Below, one piece after another: positions 47,301-57,954 of a DNA stretch of 62,301 nucleotides (the stretch's first letter is position 1; every line of letters starts with the position of its first letter). Both the position numbers and the translations under genes were made by a program. The stretch spans positions 278,729 to 341,029 of the forward strand of contig BLSG01000377.1 in NCBI GenBank assembly GCA_012862495.1, given 5' to 3'. The notes under the pieces are model-generated. The model worked only from the letters and a program-made list of their open reading frames with translations. It was not told the DNA's origin and did no database searches. Source of the DNA: Thraustochytrium aureum (taxonomy: Eukaryota).

Positions 47301-47585
47301 GACGGATCATATGTGGCCGCTGTGGAGCACCACATCGCCGTGTCCGTGTCGGGGCTTGTGGGGTCGCCATCCCATTGGCTTCGAAGCGCTCAAGAGCAAG
47401 CGTATCCTCGCACGACCCAACGACGATATTGGCTCCTCCGATTGGCTTGTAGGTGAACGGGAAGACACACGCAGTTGGCTGAGTCACCCATCCGCCGTCG
47501 GCGAGGCACTGCGCGCTGCCCAAGCGCGCGCTGCCGATGATTAGCGCTGCTGCGCATGCGCAACGCGCCACCCACTTGGCGTCAT
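44337..47585 (-). CDS. Large multi-pass membrane protein: signal peptide, fibronectin type II-like domain, P/T/S stalk, TM, two 4-TM (MARVEL-like) blocks, acidic tail (three single-base deletions near 47578, 47372 and 46698)
   Basis: Joining ORFs 47122-48309 (part), 46637-47335 and 44337-46682 gives MTPKWVARCACAAALIIGSARLGSAQC...CVFPFTY...C...WCSTAATYD...WGYC, then PTTAPSTTPTESPSQSPS and about 9 hydrophobic helices. Confidence 0.7.
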
Positions 47586-48279
47586 GCGGTGGGGCGCAGC
47601 CGTTGCTGCCTTGCCGGTGCTCGAGCCTCGTTCGCAGTGCTTGAGACTGCGTCTGCCCGCCTTGCGTTGTTTTCAGGTCCCTGGGAGCCTTCGCCCTTGG
47701 TCTGAACCGGCTTGGCCCGCTCGCGCTCGCTTGGCGCGCTCGGCAGTGCAACGTGCTGCAAGCTTGCTCGTTTGCTTGGGCCACTGGTCCTTGGAGGAGT
47801 CGAGGTAGGTCGTTTTGGGATTTCACCGTCTCGTTTTCACACGTTATCAATTCAACAAAGGCACCAAAGTAAACTGCCGCGCCCGGTNNNNNNNNNNNNN
47901 NNNNNNNNNNNNNNNNNNNNNNNNNNNNNNNNNNNNNNNNNNNNNNNNNNNNNNNNNNNNNNNNNNNNNNNNNNNNNNNNNNNNNNNNNNNNNNNNNNNN
48001 NNNNNNNNNNNNNNNNNNNNNNNNNNNNNNNNNNNNNNNNNNNNNNNNNNNNNNNNNNNNNNNNNNCACCAAAGTAAACTGCCGCGCCCGGTGGCCGAGG
48101 AGCGTCAAAGCTCGCATCGGACAGGAGTAGCAAATGCCTTGGCAGAGAGCGAGCGCCCGCGCAACTAACACAGACGCCTGCAAGATAATCGACCGGTTGC
48201 CAAAACGGAAGGGACGCCGACGGCCGAATGCAAGGCGGCTTTCCTTCTTTGCCAGAGACCAACAGCGCACTCTCCACTC

Positions 48280-48398
48280 GCTGGGCGGCAGGCGCAGCAA
48301 GCAGGTCAAACGTGACTAGCTAGAGCTAGCTGGCTGGCTGGGCAGCAGGCGCAGCAAGCAGGTCAAACGTGACTAGCTAGAGCTAGCTGGCTGGCTGG
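48280..48398. repeat. 57-nt tandem duplication (2 near-identical copies)
   Basis: gcaggcgcagcaagcaggtcaaacgtgactagctagagctagctggctggctgg at 48288 and 48345. Confidence 0.9.
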
Positions 48399-50176
48399 CA
48401 GGCTCGCTCGCTGGCCCGGGCAGTTCATTGGCCGCTGAAGAAAGGACCGTTACATGCGTTGGAAAGAAAATGGCCCACCTCTGCAATTCGAGTGTGAGGG
48501 GACCAGGGAAACGGAGTCCCAGGCGCGGGACAGGCAGGTTGGAGCTAGCTAGTTGTCTTGTACTCTGACCAGATGCTGATGAGCAACACGACGATAGTGT
48601 GCCTTTTTCATTCACCGACTCGCGCGCGGCGTGACGGTGACCATGTGCTCGGCAGTCGCCAGGCTCAAGTGGGCTGAATCAGACGAGTCACCTGCACTCC
48701 CACCGAACAAGATCTCACCGAGTATCTGTGTGCAGAAGGAGAACAAAGCATCGGTTCGGATCTCATCCAACAACGCCTGGAGGCCGCGCGCGCCGGTAAA
48801 AGCAAGACCGCCTTGCAATGCATTGGAGATGCTCGATTTCCCAAAATCTCTGTTGGACGTGATTCTCTGCCATGAGATGATGAGGCAAAATGAACATGAC
48901 ATCACCGTCAAGATTTTGCAATTGATTGCTCTCTCTTCCCGACTTGGCCGGGTCGTCAGGCCGTCGAGTCGCAATCCGATACCAACAGCGTCCCCCTGCT
49001 GTGGATGTCTGTCAATCGCGCCATCGTTGAAAGTGTATGGCTGCGCTGGTTGCTCCACAGACTTGGTCGTTGTTTGCTTGTGAGTTTGTGTACAGTCTCA
49101 CCAGCTGGACTGCCCCAAGGAGTATTTCGCCTGCTTTCGAAGCGGTCGAATTGAATGCAGCGGGAACAGCAAGATGGAAAGATTGCCGCTCCGAAATGCG
49201 CTCGAAAAGGAAAAGGAGGACACGCTTGGAAGCAAGCCAGCCACAGAGGCGGCAGAGTTGCCAGAGAGCTCAGCAAGCAGAACAGTCAGAAACAAGGCGT
49301 ATTGCCTGCCGCGATCATGCAGGAGGAAGAATGGCAGAGCTAAGTACTCGCGCTCTCTTGAAGAGGTCCGCTTCCCGGTTTGCATGTTCACGCGCTTCCG
49401 GTTCGCGATCGGGCAAAAGCCCGAGGGCGACTTTAGCATCCTCATGCCCGCGAAGGCAATCTGTCAGGGCGACGCGGTCAATTGGCTCGCAGAAAGGACG
49501 CGAGTGGACGGGCGCGGTCCTCGCCAGTGTCGCCACCAACTGCATCGACACGGTCGGGACTCGAGCTGCATCTTGCCGTCCTAAGGCGCGAACTGCGGGA
49601 TAGCTCCCCAACAAGCGCGTCGCCCTCGACAGCGCGCGCCTCGCCCTCCACCAGCTCCGCGCTCAAGGCCGGCTTGCATCAATCAAAATCGGGAATGATT
49701 TTGGACGCGGGCGGCGAATCGGCTTTCGAGACGCGGTCCTCTGGAACGCAAGCTCTGGCCAGGCGCTGCAAAGCCGTGAATGATTCATGATCACATCGCT
49801 GATGACAGTCGCGTGAATGATGCAGCCTGTGTACCTACTCGGGCAAACAGCAAGCTGTTTCTGTCCTTCCTTGGTCCTTCCCAATCACTTTAGCCCGTAG
49901 TAACCCCATGAGAGTACTCGCACGCACCATGTATTCTCCTATGGGGGGGTCCATTAGCGGGTCCAAGGACGCTGGAGGAAGAGCACGAGCGGTCGCTGTG
50001 CACGGCGCGCGGCTGTTGCACGCCGGCGAGCCGCGCAGCGGGGGGGGCGAAAGCAAGGCGGCACCGCGGAGGAGCGCCCGATAAATCCTGGTGTCGCGGC
50101 GCCCGCACAGAGCGGCACTCACGGAGCCCGAGGCGGTCGTCGTCATAGCTGCCCCTCCACGACCGCTTCGACCTCC

Positions 50177-51390
50177 ATGTTGCGCCACAAAGACGTGCGC
50201 CGCGTCGCGGGATGTGCTGGCGTCATTATCTTACTGTTGCTTCTTGGCCGGCTGCTGCAGAATGATGGCGTCCTTAAAAGGGAGCCGGGGTGGGCGAAGG
50301 GCTCGAGCGCCCTCCTAGAGGAGGGGGATTCGCTGACCGAGGGCACCATCAAGGTCGAAAACGACGCCGACGATAGCACCGCTTTGGTGAACCGCATCAT
50401 CGAAGTCGAAGGGAAGCTGGCTAGCGTGCTGGCCGAGCGGGACGCCTGGGAAGAAAAGATTCGACTCGGGTCGGGAACGCCGGCCGAGAACCGCATGATC
50501 CACGTTCATGCTGCTGAGAAGGAAAGGCTGACGAAGCGCATTGCCGATCTTACAGCTGAGAACGACGACCTTCAGCGAGAGCTCGAAATGGCAAACGCAA
50601 AACTCGTCGCTTTGGATAGAGAGCAGTCCGCTCCGGTGAACGACCTTGACCCCTACGACATGATCATCCTGGTGCTTAGTGCACGTGACCATGTAGAGCG
50701 TAGAGCTCATATGCGCGCGACTATTGCGATGACCGGCCCGATGCCACCCAACACCCTCATCAGGTTTATCGTCGGTGAGTGGGCGGACGACCCGACGCTC
50801 AACAAAACCGACATCCTAGCAGTGAGATGGGCGACCTCGCGCTTGGCGACATCCTGGTTATTCCAGAGGCTGAGGCGTACAGCTTGCTTCCTGCAAAGCT
50901 CAAGTTCGGGTACAAGTGGGTTGCAGATGAGCACCCCAGCGCCAAGTGGGTTGCCAAACTCGACGACGACATGATGGTCTGGCCAATCCGCCTCAACGCG
51001 TACTGCAAGAAGCTCGACCCAAATGGCTTCACCGTGGTGGGGGCTAACTATGGAGGCGACAAAGTTCACCGCGATGGCAAATGGGCAGAGCTGCATTGGA
51101 AGCCCAATCAGTACCCCAACTTTCCGCTCGGCTCGTTTGGCCACATCGTGTCCGCGCCTGTCGTTCGGTTCATTGCTGCGCACGGTCCCGACCTCTTTGA
51201 GTTTCAGGGCGAGGACACGAGTATCGGCATCTGGCTCGCAGGGTTTAAAGTGAATTGGATCCACGAGACGAAAGTGATGCGCAACGACTTGCGCTGCTCA
51301 CGCGATACGATCATCGTCGGCCACAGCTTGCTCACTCTGGGCCAGCGGAAAGCGTGCCTCCGAATGAGCGGCCTGGCTGTCCAGAAATGA
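50177..51390 (+). CDS. Glycosyltransferase family 31 (beta-1,3-galactosyltransferase-like), type II membrane protein with coiled-coil stem (frameshift near 50820)
   Basis: ILVLSARDHVERRAHMRAT, RFIVG; then EAYSLLPAKL, WVAKLDDD (DxD), GKWAE, YPNFPLG and GEDTSIGIWL. Confidence 0.88.
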
Positions 51391-51455
51391 ACGCACTGAG
51401 CGCCACCGCGGCGGGACCGGAAATGAACGCAATGAGCGCCAACGCGACGGGACCG
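51384..51455 (+). repeat. 36-nt imperfect tandem repeat x2 overlapping the GT31 stop
   Basis: gaaatgaacgcactgagcgccaccgcggcgggaccg / gaaatgaacgcaatgagcgccaacgcgacgggaccg. Confidence 0.85.
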
Positions 51456-51545
51456 GAGTTGGCATCTCGACAGCCTCTGCGCTCCGGCATCGCGGCCGAC
51501 TCGGGAAAGTAAATTTCAAGCAATAGGAACCAAGCAATGCGATTT

Positions 51546-51938
51546 CTAATAGAAGAATCCGAGAATCTTGCCACCAGTGTGCTTGCGGCGCGCCTCCTCG
51601 TGGGTCATGATACCGAACGGCGTGGTGAGAACCATGTGGCCGAACTGGCGCGAGGGAAGCAGCATGCCGATCCACTTCTCGTAGTCCTTGAAGCCAATGT
51701 CAAAGCGGGGCGAGACAACGCCGCACTTGTTGATCCGGCCGGTCAGCTCGATGACGATCTTGCCGCTGCGGTGGTCGTCCACGACCTCAAAGTCGCCGAT
51801 GTAGCCGTGCTTTTGCATGCAGCGGAGGAACTTGATGATCACCTTGCTGCAGGGCCGGATCATGACCTGGCGTTTGCCGCGCTTCTCAGCGTTCGACATG
51901 GTCTTGAGAGCATCAGCGAGAACGCTCATGCGCACCAT
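51546..51938 (-). CDS. RPS15A: 40S ribosomal protein uS8 (S15a)
   Basis: [29 protein letters not shown]...[12 protein letters not shown]...[18 protein letters not shown], 130 aa; a GCTGAC...GCACAG acceptor at 51959 suggests a 5'-UTR intron. Confidence 0.99.
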   Translation of the reverse strand: MVRMSVLADALKTMSNAEKRGKRQVMIRPCSKVIIKFLRCMQKHGYIGDFEVVDDHRSGKIVIELTGRINKCGVVSPRFDIGFKDYEKWIGMLLPSRQFGHMVLTTPFGIMTHEEARRKHTGGKILGFFY

Positions 51939-52376
51939 CTTGGCAAGCTAGCTTTGGCCTGTGCGTGTCGTGCGTGTCCACCGTCACGTCAGCGTCGCAT
52001 CCGCGCACCAGNNNNNNNNNNNNNNNNNNNNNNNNNNNNNNNNNNNNNNNNNNNNNNNNNNNNNNNNNNNNNNNNNNNNNNNNNNNNNNNNNNNNNNNNN
52101 NNNNNNNNNNNNNNNNNNNNNNNNNNNNNNNNNNNNNNNNNNNNNNNNNNNNNNNNNNNNNNNNNNNNNNNNNNNNNNNNNNNNNNNNNNNNNNNNNNNN
52201 NNNNNNNNNNNNNNNNNNNNNNNNNNNNNNNNNNNNNNNNNNNNNNNNNNNNNNNNNNNNNNNNNNNNNNNNNNNNNNNNNNNNNNNNNNNNNNNNNNNN
52301 NNNNNNNNNNNNNNNNNNNNNNNNNNNNNNNNNNNNNNNNNNNNNNNNNNNNNNNNNNNCTCGTCCTCGCGCTCCT

Positions 52377-52438
52377 GCTGCTCCTGCTGCTGCTGCTGCT
52401 GCTCCTGCTGCTCGATCGATGGATGGATGGATGGATGG
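52377..52438. repeat. (CTG)n and (GATG)n microsatellites
   Basis: Directly visible next to the gap. Confidence 0.8.
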
Positions 52439-52993
52439 TTCAATGGTCTCCTGGAGCTCCTCTGTGTCTGCCCGCCTCCCTCCCCTCCATACAAACGAGG
52501 CACCTTACCCGGCGGCCCTCGATAGACCCTCAGGGCAAACCGCCTTAAACAGCCGTCGCCACCCAAAGGCGGCGGCGTACCCTAACCGAACCTGCTGCCG
52601 GGTCAGGCGCCCTACCCTAACCCCTCCGCGAAGGTTAACAATTGCGCGGGGCTGATACGGGACGCGGGGCCGCGGGCGCGTGTGGCGAGGGGAGCGACCG
52701 GGTCCGGTGGCAGGGGCGCGCCGCCGCGGCTGCAGGCCGGCCTGCGTGCGGCTGCTGATTAGGCGCAAGGTGGCGTCTGTCTGTCGCGCGGGCGAGAGGG
52801 TGTTTCGAGGGCGGCGGTGCGCGGGAGTTGCAGCGCGTGGATAGACGGACGTGCAGGAGCAGGAGCAGCAGCAGACTCGGCACGGGAGGCGACAGGCAGT
52901 AGCAGCAGAGGCAGGCAGGCAGGCAGGCAGGCAGAGGCAGGCAGGCAGGCAGGTTGGCAGGAGAGGATAAGTTGGAGCGGGAAAGGAGCGAGG

Positions 52994-53762
52994 ATGTCTC
53001 TGTTCGCAGCGCGCCGGAATGTGAGCCGCGCGGTGGCTTCTGCCGCGCGCAGCAATGGCCGCATGGTTGGCCTGGTGGGCGGGCGCGCGACCGCCGCGGC
53101 GGCCGCCAGGCAACAGTCGGTGCGCTCGTTCGCCGTGTCGGCCGCTGAGCTGTCCAACATCCTGGGGGACCGCATCTCCTCGTACAACAAGGAGAGCACC
53201 GGCGTGACTGTCGACGAGGTCGGCCACGTGATCTCGATCGGTGACGGTATCGCGCGCGTCTATGGCCTCAACAAGGTCCAGGCCGGCGAAATGGTGGAGT
53301 TTGTCAACGCCGGCGTCAAGGGCATGGCGCTGTACGTTTCGGCTTGTTTCGCTTGCTCGCCGCGCTTGCTCGCCGCGCTTGCTCGCCGCGCTTGCTCGCC
53401 GCGCTTGCTCGCCGCGCTCGCGGCTCTCGAGCGCTCGCTGCGCCGGCAAGCACATGCACTAACCCCGTCTCGCGCGCAGCAACCTCGAGAACGACAACGT
53501 CGGTGTTGTGATCTTCGGTAACGATCGTCTGATCCTCGAGGGTGACGTCGTCAAGCGCACCGGTTCCATCGTCGACGTGCCCGTCGGCCGTGGCCTCCTC
53601 GGCCGCACCGTCGACGCCCTCGGCGAGCCGATCGACGGCCGTGGCCCCATCGAGGCCGACAAGCGCGAGCGCGTCGAGATCAAGGCCCCTGGCATCCTTG
53701 CCCGCAAGTCGGTGCACGAGCCCATGCAGACCGGCCTCAAGGCCGTCGACTCGCTCATCCCC

Positions 53763-53794
<32 letters not shown>

Positions 53795-54305
53795 TGACCG
53801 TCAGACCGGCAAGACCGCCATCGCCGTCGACACGGTCATCAACCAGAAGGAGCTCAACGCCGGCACCGACGAGTTCAAGAAGCTCTACTGCGTGTACGTC
53901 GCCGTCGGCCAGAAGCGCTCGACCGTCGCGCAGATCGCCAAGAAGTTCGAGGAGAACGACGCGCTCAAGTACAGCATCATCGTGGCCGCCACCGCCTCGG
54001 ACTCGGCCCCGCTCCAGTTCCTGGCCCCGTACTCGGGCGCCACCATCGGCGAGTACTTTCGCGACAACAAGACGCACGCCGTCATCTTCTACGACGACTT
54101 GTCCAAGCAGGCCGTCGCCTACCGCCAGATGTCCCTGCTGCTGCGCCGCCCGCCCGGCCGCGAGGCCTACCCCGGTGATGTGTTCTACCTGCACAGCCGC
54201 CTCCTCGAGCGCGCCGCCAAGATCTCTGACGACCTCGGCGCCGGCTCGCTCACCGCGCTCCCCGTCATTGAGACCCAGGCCGGTGATGTGTCGGCCTACA
54301 TTCCC

Positions 54306-54343
<38 letters not shown>

Positions 54344-54818
54344 CGAGTCGGAGCTCTTCCACTCGGGCATCCGGCCCGCTGTCAACGTCGGTCTGTCCGT
54401 GTCGCGCGTCGGCTCCGCCGCCCAGCAGAAGTGCATGAAGAAGACCTCGGGTACCATGAAGCTCGAGCTCGCCCAGTACCGTGAGGTGGCTGCCTTTGCC
54501 CAGTTCGGCTCGGACCTCGACGCCGCCACCCAGCACCAGCTGAACCGCGGTGCCCGCCTCCAGGAGCTGCTCAAGCAGCCCCAGTACCACCCGCTCACCG
54601 TCGCCGAGCAGGTCGTTATCATCTTCACCGGTGTGCGCGGCTTCCTCGACAAGGTGGACCTCAAGCGCGTTGGTGAGTTTGAGGAGGCCTGGCTCAAGCA
54701 TGTCAAGGACTCGTACCCCGAGATCATGGAGGAGCTCAAGACCACCGGCGACATTAGCAAGGAGCTTGATGCCAAGCTCACCAAGGTTGCTGGCGAGTTC
54801 TCGAGTTCGTTTGCCTAA
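52994..54818 (+). CDS. ATP1: Mitochondrial F1 ATP synthase alpha subunit, nucleus-encoded with presequence; exons 52994-53331 and 53480-54818
   Basis: Arg/Ala/Ser-rich acid-free presequence [30 protein letters not shown]; spliced [42 protein letters not shown]. Confidence 0.97.
53332..53479 (+). other. 148-nt intron in ATP1 containing a 13-nt tandem repeat (GCTTGCTCGCCGC x5)
   Basis: GTACGT donor, CACTAAC branch site at 53457-53463, GCAG acceptor; splicing restores the conserved MALNLE. Confidence 0.95.
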
Positions 54819-55626
54819 GCGTGTGTTGCGTGGCGTCCGCTGGCTCCCCGGCCTCGCACCGCATACCACGGCTTCACAGAACAAATAAAAACCTACTTTC
54901 CTCTAACAAGCTTTTCCTCCGCGCGCGCGCGCTGCTGCGTCCCTTGCGCGCTTTTGCCGCCGCTCTTCGCAGGCAGGGGCGACGAGCCCGAGTCTTTTGG
55001 TGCGCTGCACTACCTGCAGCGTGGCCACTCCCCAATGATGCAGGATACTGCAGGATTNNNNNNNNNNNNNNNNNNNNNNNNNNNNNNNNNNNNNNNNNNN
55101 NNNNNNNNNNNNNNNNNNNNNNNNNNNNNNNNNNNNNNNNNNNNNNNNNNNNNNNNNNNNNNNNNNNNNNNNNNNNNNNNNNNNNNNNNNNNNNNNNNNN
55201 NNNNNNNNNNNNNNNNNNNNNNNNNNNNNNNNNNNNNNNNNNGACGCATTCCAGCCCTGCGATGCTGACTCGAGACGTCCGTGACAAACTTGCTGGAGAT
55301 AACGCGCTGGGGGTCATCACAGATTGGTGTGCTCCATGGGGTTGGGCGCTGCCGAGCCTTTTTAGGCCAGGCAGTGCCAACAGGGACGCCCCGCTGCGCC
55401 ACGAGGGCGGCTTGCTGGAGAGGGCCCAGGCCAGCCCCGTGGGGGCCTGATCTTGATCAAAAGCAGATGTTTTCTTTAGAAAGATAGGGCTCGAGCACGC
55501 GCAGCAGGGCAACCCCTTCGCGCGCCCGAAAACAGCTACCTCCTCACGCGCCAGACAAGTGAGGCCCTCGACCGCAGCCGGCGGCGGACAGGCAGAGCGT
55601 GCGTGCCGAGCGCTCGCGTCAAGCTC

Positions 55627-57520
55627 TTAGATGTACGGCGTGGTCCCGCCAATGGCAAACTCCTTGATACGCCACTTGAACTCTGCCGAGGGCTCGTCGT
55701 ACTCGCGCGTGAGCGCAAAGATGTAGAATACGCCCACAATCTCGTCCTCCTTGCCCTCCACAACGTTGCCCTTGAGGTCATACAGGCAGTTGATCTGCTG
55801 CACCATGAACTGCACCACGATGAGCGGGCCCATCTTCTCCACCACCTTGGCGGCCGCAAGGTGAATCTCTCCGATGGAGAGGATGTTCGTGTCCGACTTG
55901 CGCCCTGCGGCCTGGCGGTCCTTGATGCTCGCCTTGACCGCCGCGGCGGCGCCCTCGGCGCAATACTCTTCGAGCGTGGCAATGTCGCCGCGCAAAAAGG
56001 CGCTCACCACAGTCGGCGCGAGGTCCTCCTGCACCTCCTCCAGGAAACCCTCGATGGTGAACTCGGGGTCCATCCGCCTGAACTCGCGGATGGCCTCGCC
56101 CATTTCGGTCTCGGCAAACATAGAGTCGTAGACCGAGTACATGCGGTACACCAGCGGGTTCTGGCTCGTTTCAAGCGCCTCGCGCGCGTCCTCGGCAGCG
56201 TCGCGCGCCTTGCGGGCCACGTCAGAGTCAGCGATGCCGAATATGTTTTTCAGGATGGGCGCCTCTTTGAGGCGGTCGTTGAACTTTTCCCAGGCGCCCT
56301 TCTTCTCCTCGACGTGCACGACCGCGGTCGTGTTGGCTTGCGCGGAGAGCTTTTCGATCTCCTTGCGCATCTCGCGGATCGTCTTGTTCAGCTCCTTGAA
56401 CTTGGCCATGTCCGATTCGCCCATCGCGGCGTCGCGCTGCTCCTCGAGCTCGCTAATCTTGCCCGAGATCTCCTTGATCTTGACCTCCAGGAATGTGGGC
56501 TCTGGGTCGTGCACGTGCTCCGCCCAGGCGTGGGCCTCCTCGTCCGCGTCGCGGATGATCTTGGCATTTTCTGGCCGCTCCCACTTGGTCTCTCCCGCCT
56601 TGTTGTAATAGTACCGGTCGCCCGTCTCCTTGTCGACGGCCTCAAACCACTCTTCGAGGCCCTCGGCGTTGGTGGCCTCAGCGGCCCCGCTCGCGTCGGC
56701 GGCAGCGGCAGCCTGCGGCTTCTTGCGCTCGCTCTTGATGCCGAACACGGCTTTGAAGGCGTCCTCCCAAGATCGGTCGTCGTTCGCGAAGGACTGCGGG
56801 AGCTTCTCCCAGACCTTTTCACGCATTGACCGGAATCGGGACCGCATCGACGGCTTGGCCTCGGCCTGGGCCTCCTCGCCCTCGGGTTTGGCTGGCCCGG
56901 CGTCAGGCCCTGCCTCGGCCTCGCCTTTCCCGGTTGCCTTGGGCGCCTTCGGCGTTCGAGGCGGTCGCGCCCGAACCAGACTTGAAGCCAAACTGCTTTT
57001 TGAGTTCTTCCATGAACTCGTTGGCCGTCGCCTTTGCTTCCTCGGCCTGCTCGGCCGTCTTCTCGAAGGCCTTTCCGCTGGATTCCTTGGCCTCCTCGAA
57101 CAGTTTGCTCGTGCGCTCTTTGGCCTGCTCGGTGGCCTGGCTGGCCTTGTCGCTCAGGTTGGAAGCGGCCTCGGCGGCGGACTTGTCGCCGACGCGGCTC
57201 TGCCGCAGCTCGTCCAGCGTCTTTTTAATCTCGGGGTCCTTTTCAAGCTCCTGGCGCAGTTTGGAAAATATCCCGCCCTGTTCCTCCTGCGCGTTCTCCT
57301 GCTCCTTCTTCGCAGCCTCCTCGGCCTCGGCCTTCGCTTTCGCTTTCGCCTTCTCGTCCTCGGCAAACCCACGAGCCTGAACCGCAAACGCGACGCGACG
57401 CTGCCCAGCCACCCGCCTCAGTTGCGCAGCTCCGATGCCCGCGGCGCTCGCGCCATGTCGGCCCGCACTTGCGCCTTGTGCGAGCCTCCTCATCGCCGTC
57501 ACCGCTAAGACCCTGCCCAT
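55627..57520 (-). CDS. TIM44: Mitochondrial import translocase subunit TIM44 (extra C near 56942)
   Basis: Presequence MRRLAQGASAGRHG; C-terminal Tim44 domain ETSQNPLV...FAETEMGEAIREFRRMDPEF...FLRGD...QQINCLYDLKGNVVEGKEDEI. Confidence 0.92.
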
Positions 57521-57954
57521 CCTCCCAGCCTCGAGCGNNNNNNNNNNNNNNNNNNNNNNNNNNNNNNNNNNNNNNNNNNNNNNNNNNNNNNNNNNNNNNN
57601 NNNNNNNNNNNNNNNNNNNNNNNNNNNNNNNNNNNNNNNNNNNNNNNNNNNNNNNNNNNNNNNNNNNNNNNNNNNNNNNNNNNNNNNNNNNNNNNNNNNN
57701 NNNNNNNNNNNNNNNNNNNNNNNNNNNNNNNNNNNNNNNNNNNNNNNNNNNNNNNNNNNNNNNNNNNNNNNNNNNNNNNNNNTTGCGGCTCTGCCTTCCA
57801 CTGCGTCACAATCTGCGTCTCCACTTGTTCTCCTCCCGCGTCTGTCTCTCCCCTTTCACAGGCCTCCACGTTCTACTGCTAGTACATAGAGGCTCACGTG
57901 CCAGAGTAACCCAGCTATCACCCTGGTGCGCCCTCTGCGTTCCTCGCGGCAATG

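Noticed and set aside
47862..48092. 26-nt direct repeat flanking a gap as a target-site duplication or LTR
   Set aside because: Identical sequence ends one contig and starts the next, typical of an unmerged contig overlap
48576..48610. Hammerhead ribozyme or C/D-box snoRNA at CTGATGA
   Set aside because: No stem II plus GAAA core and no suitably placed D box or terminal stem
52614..52623. Telomerase RNA template (ACCCUAACCC)
   Set aside because: No downstream pseudoknot or U-run terminator was found, and it sits in a protein-gene promoter; kept only as a telobox-like motif
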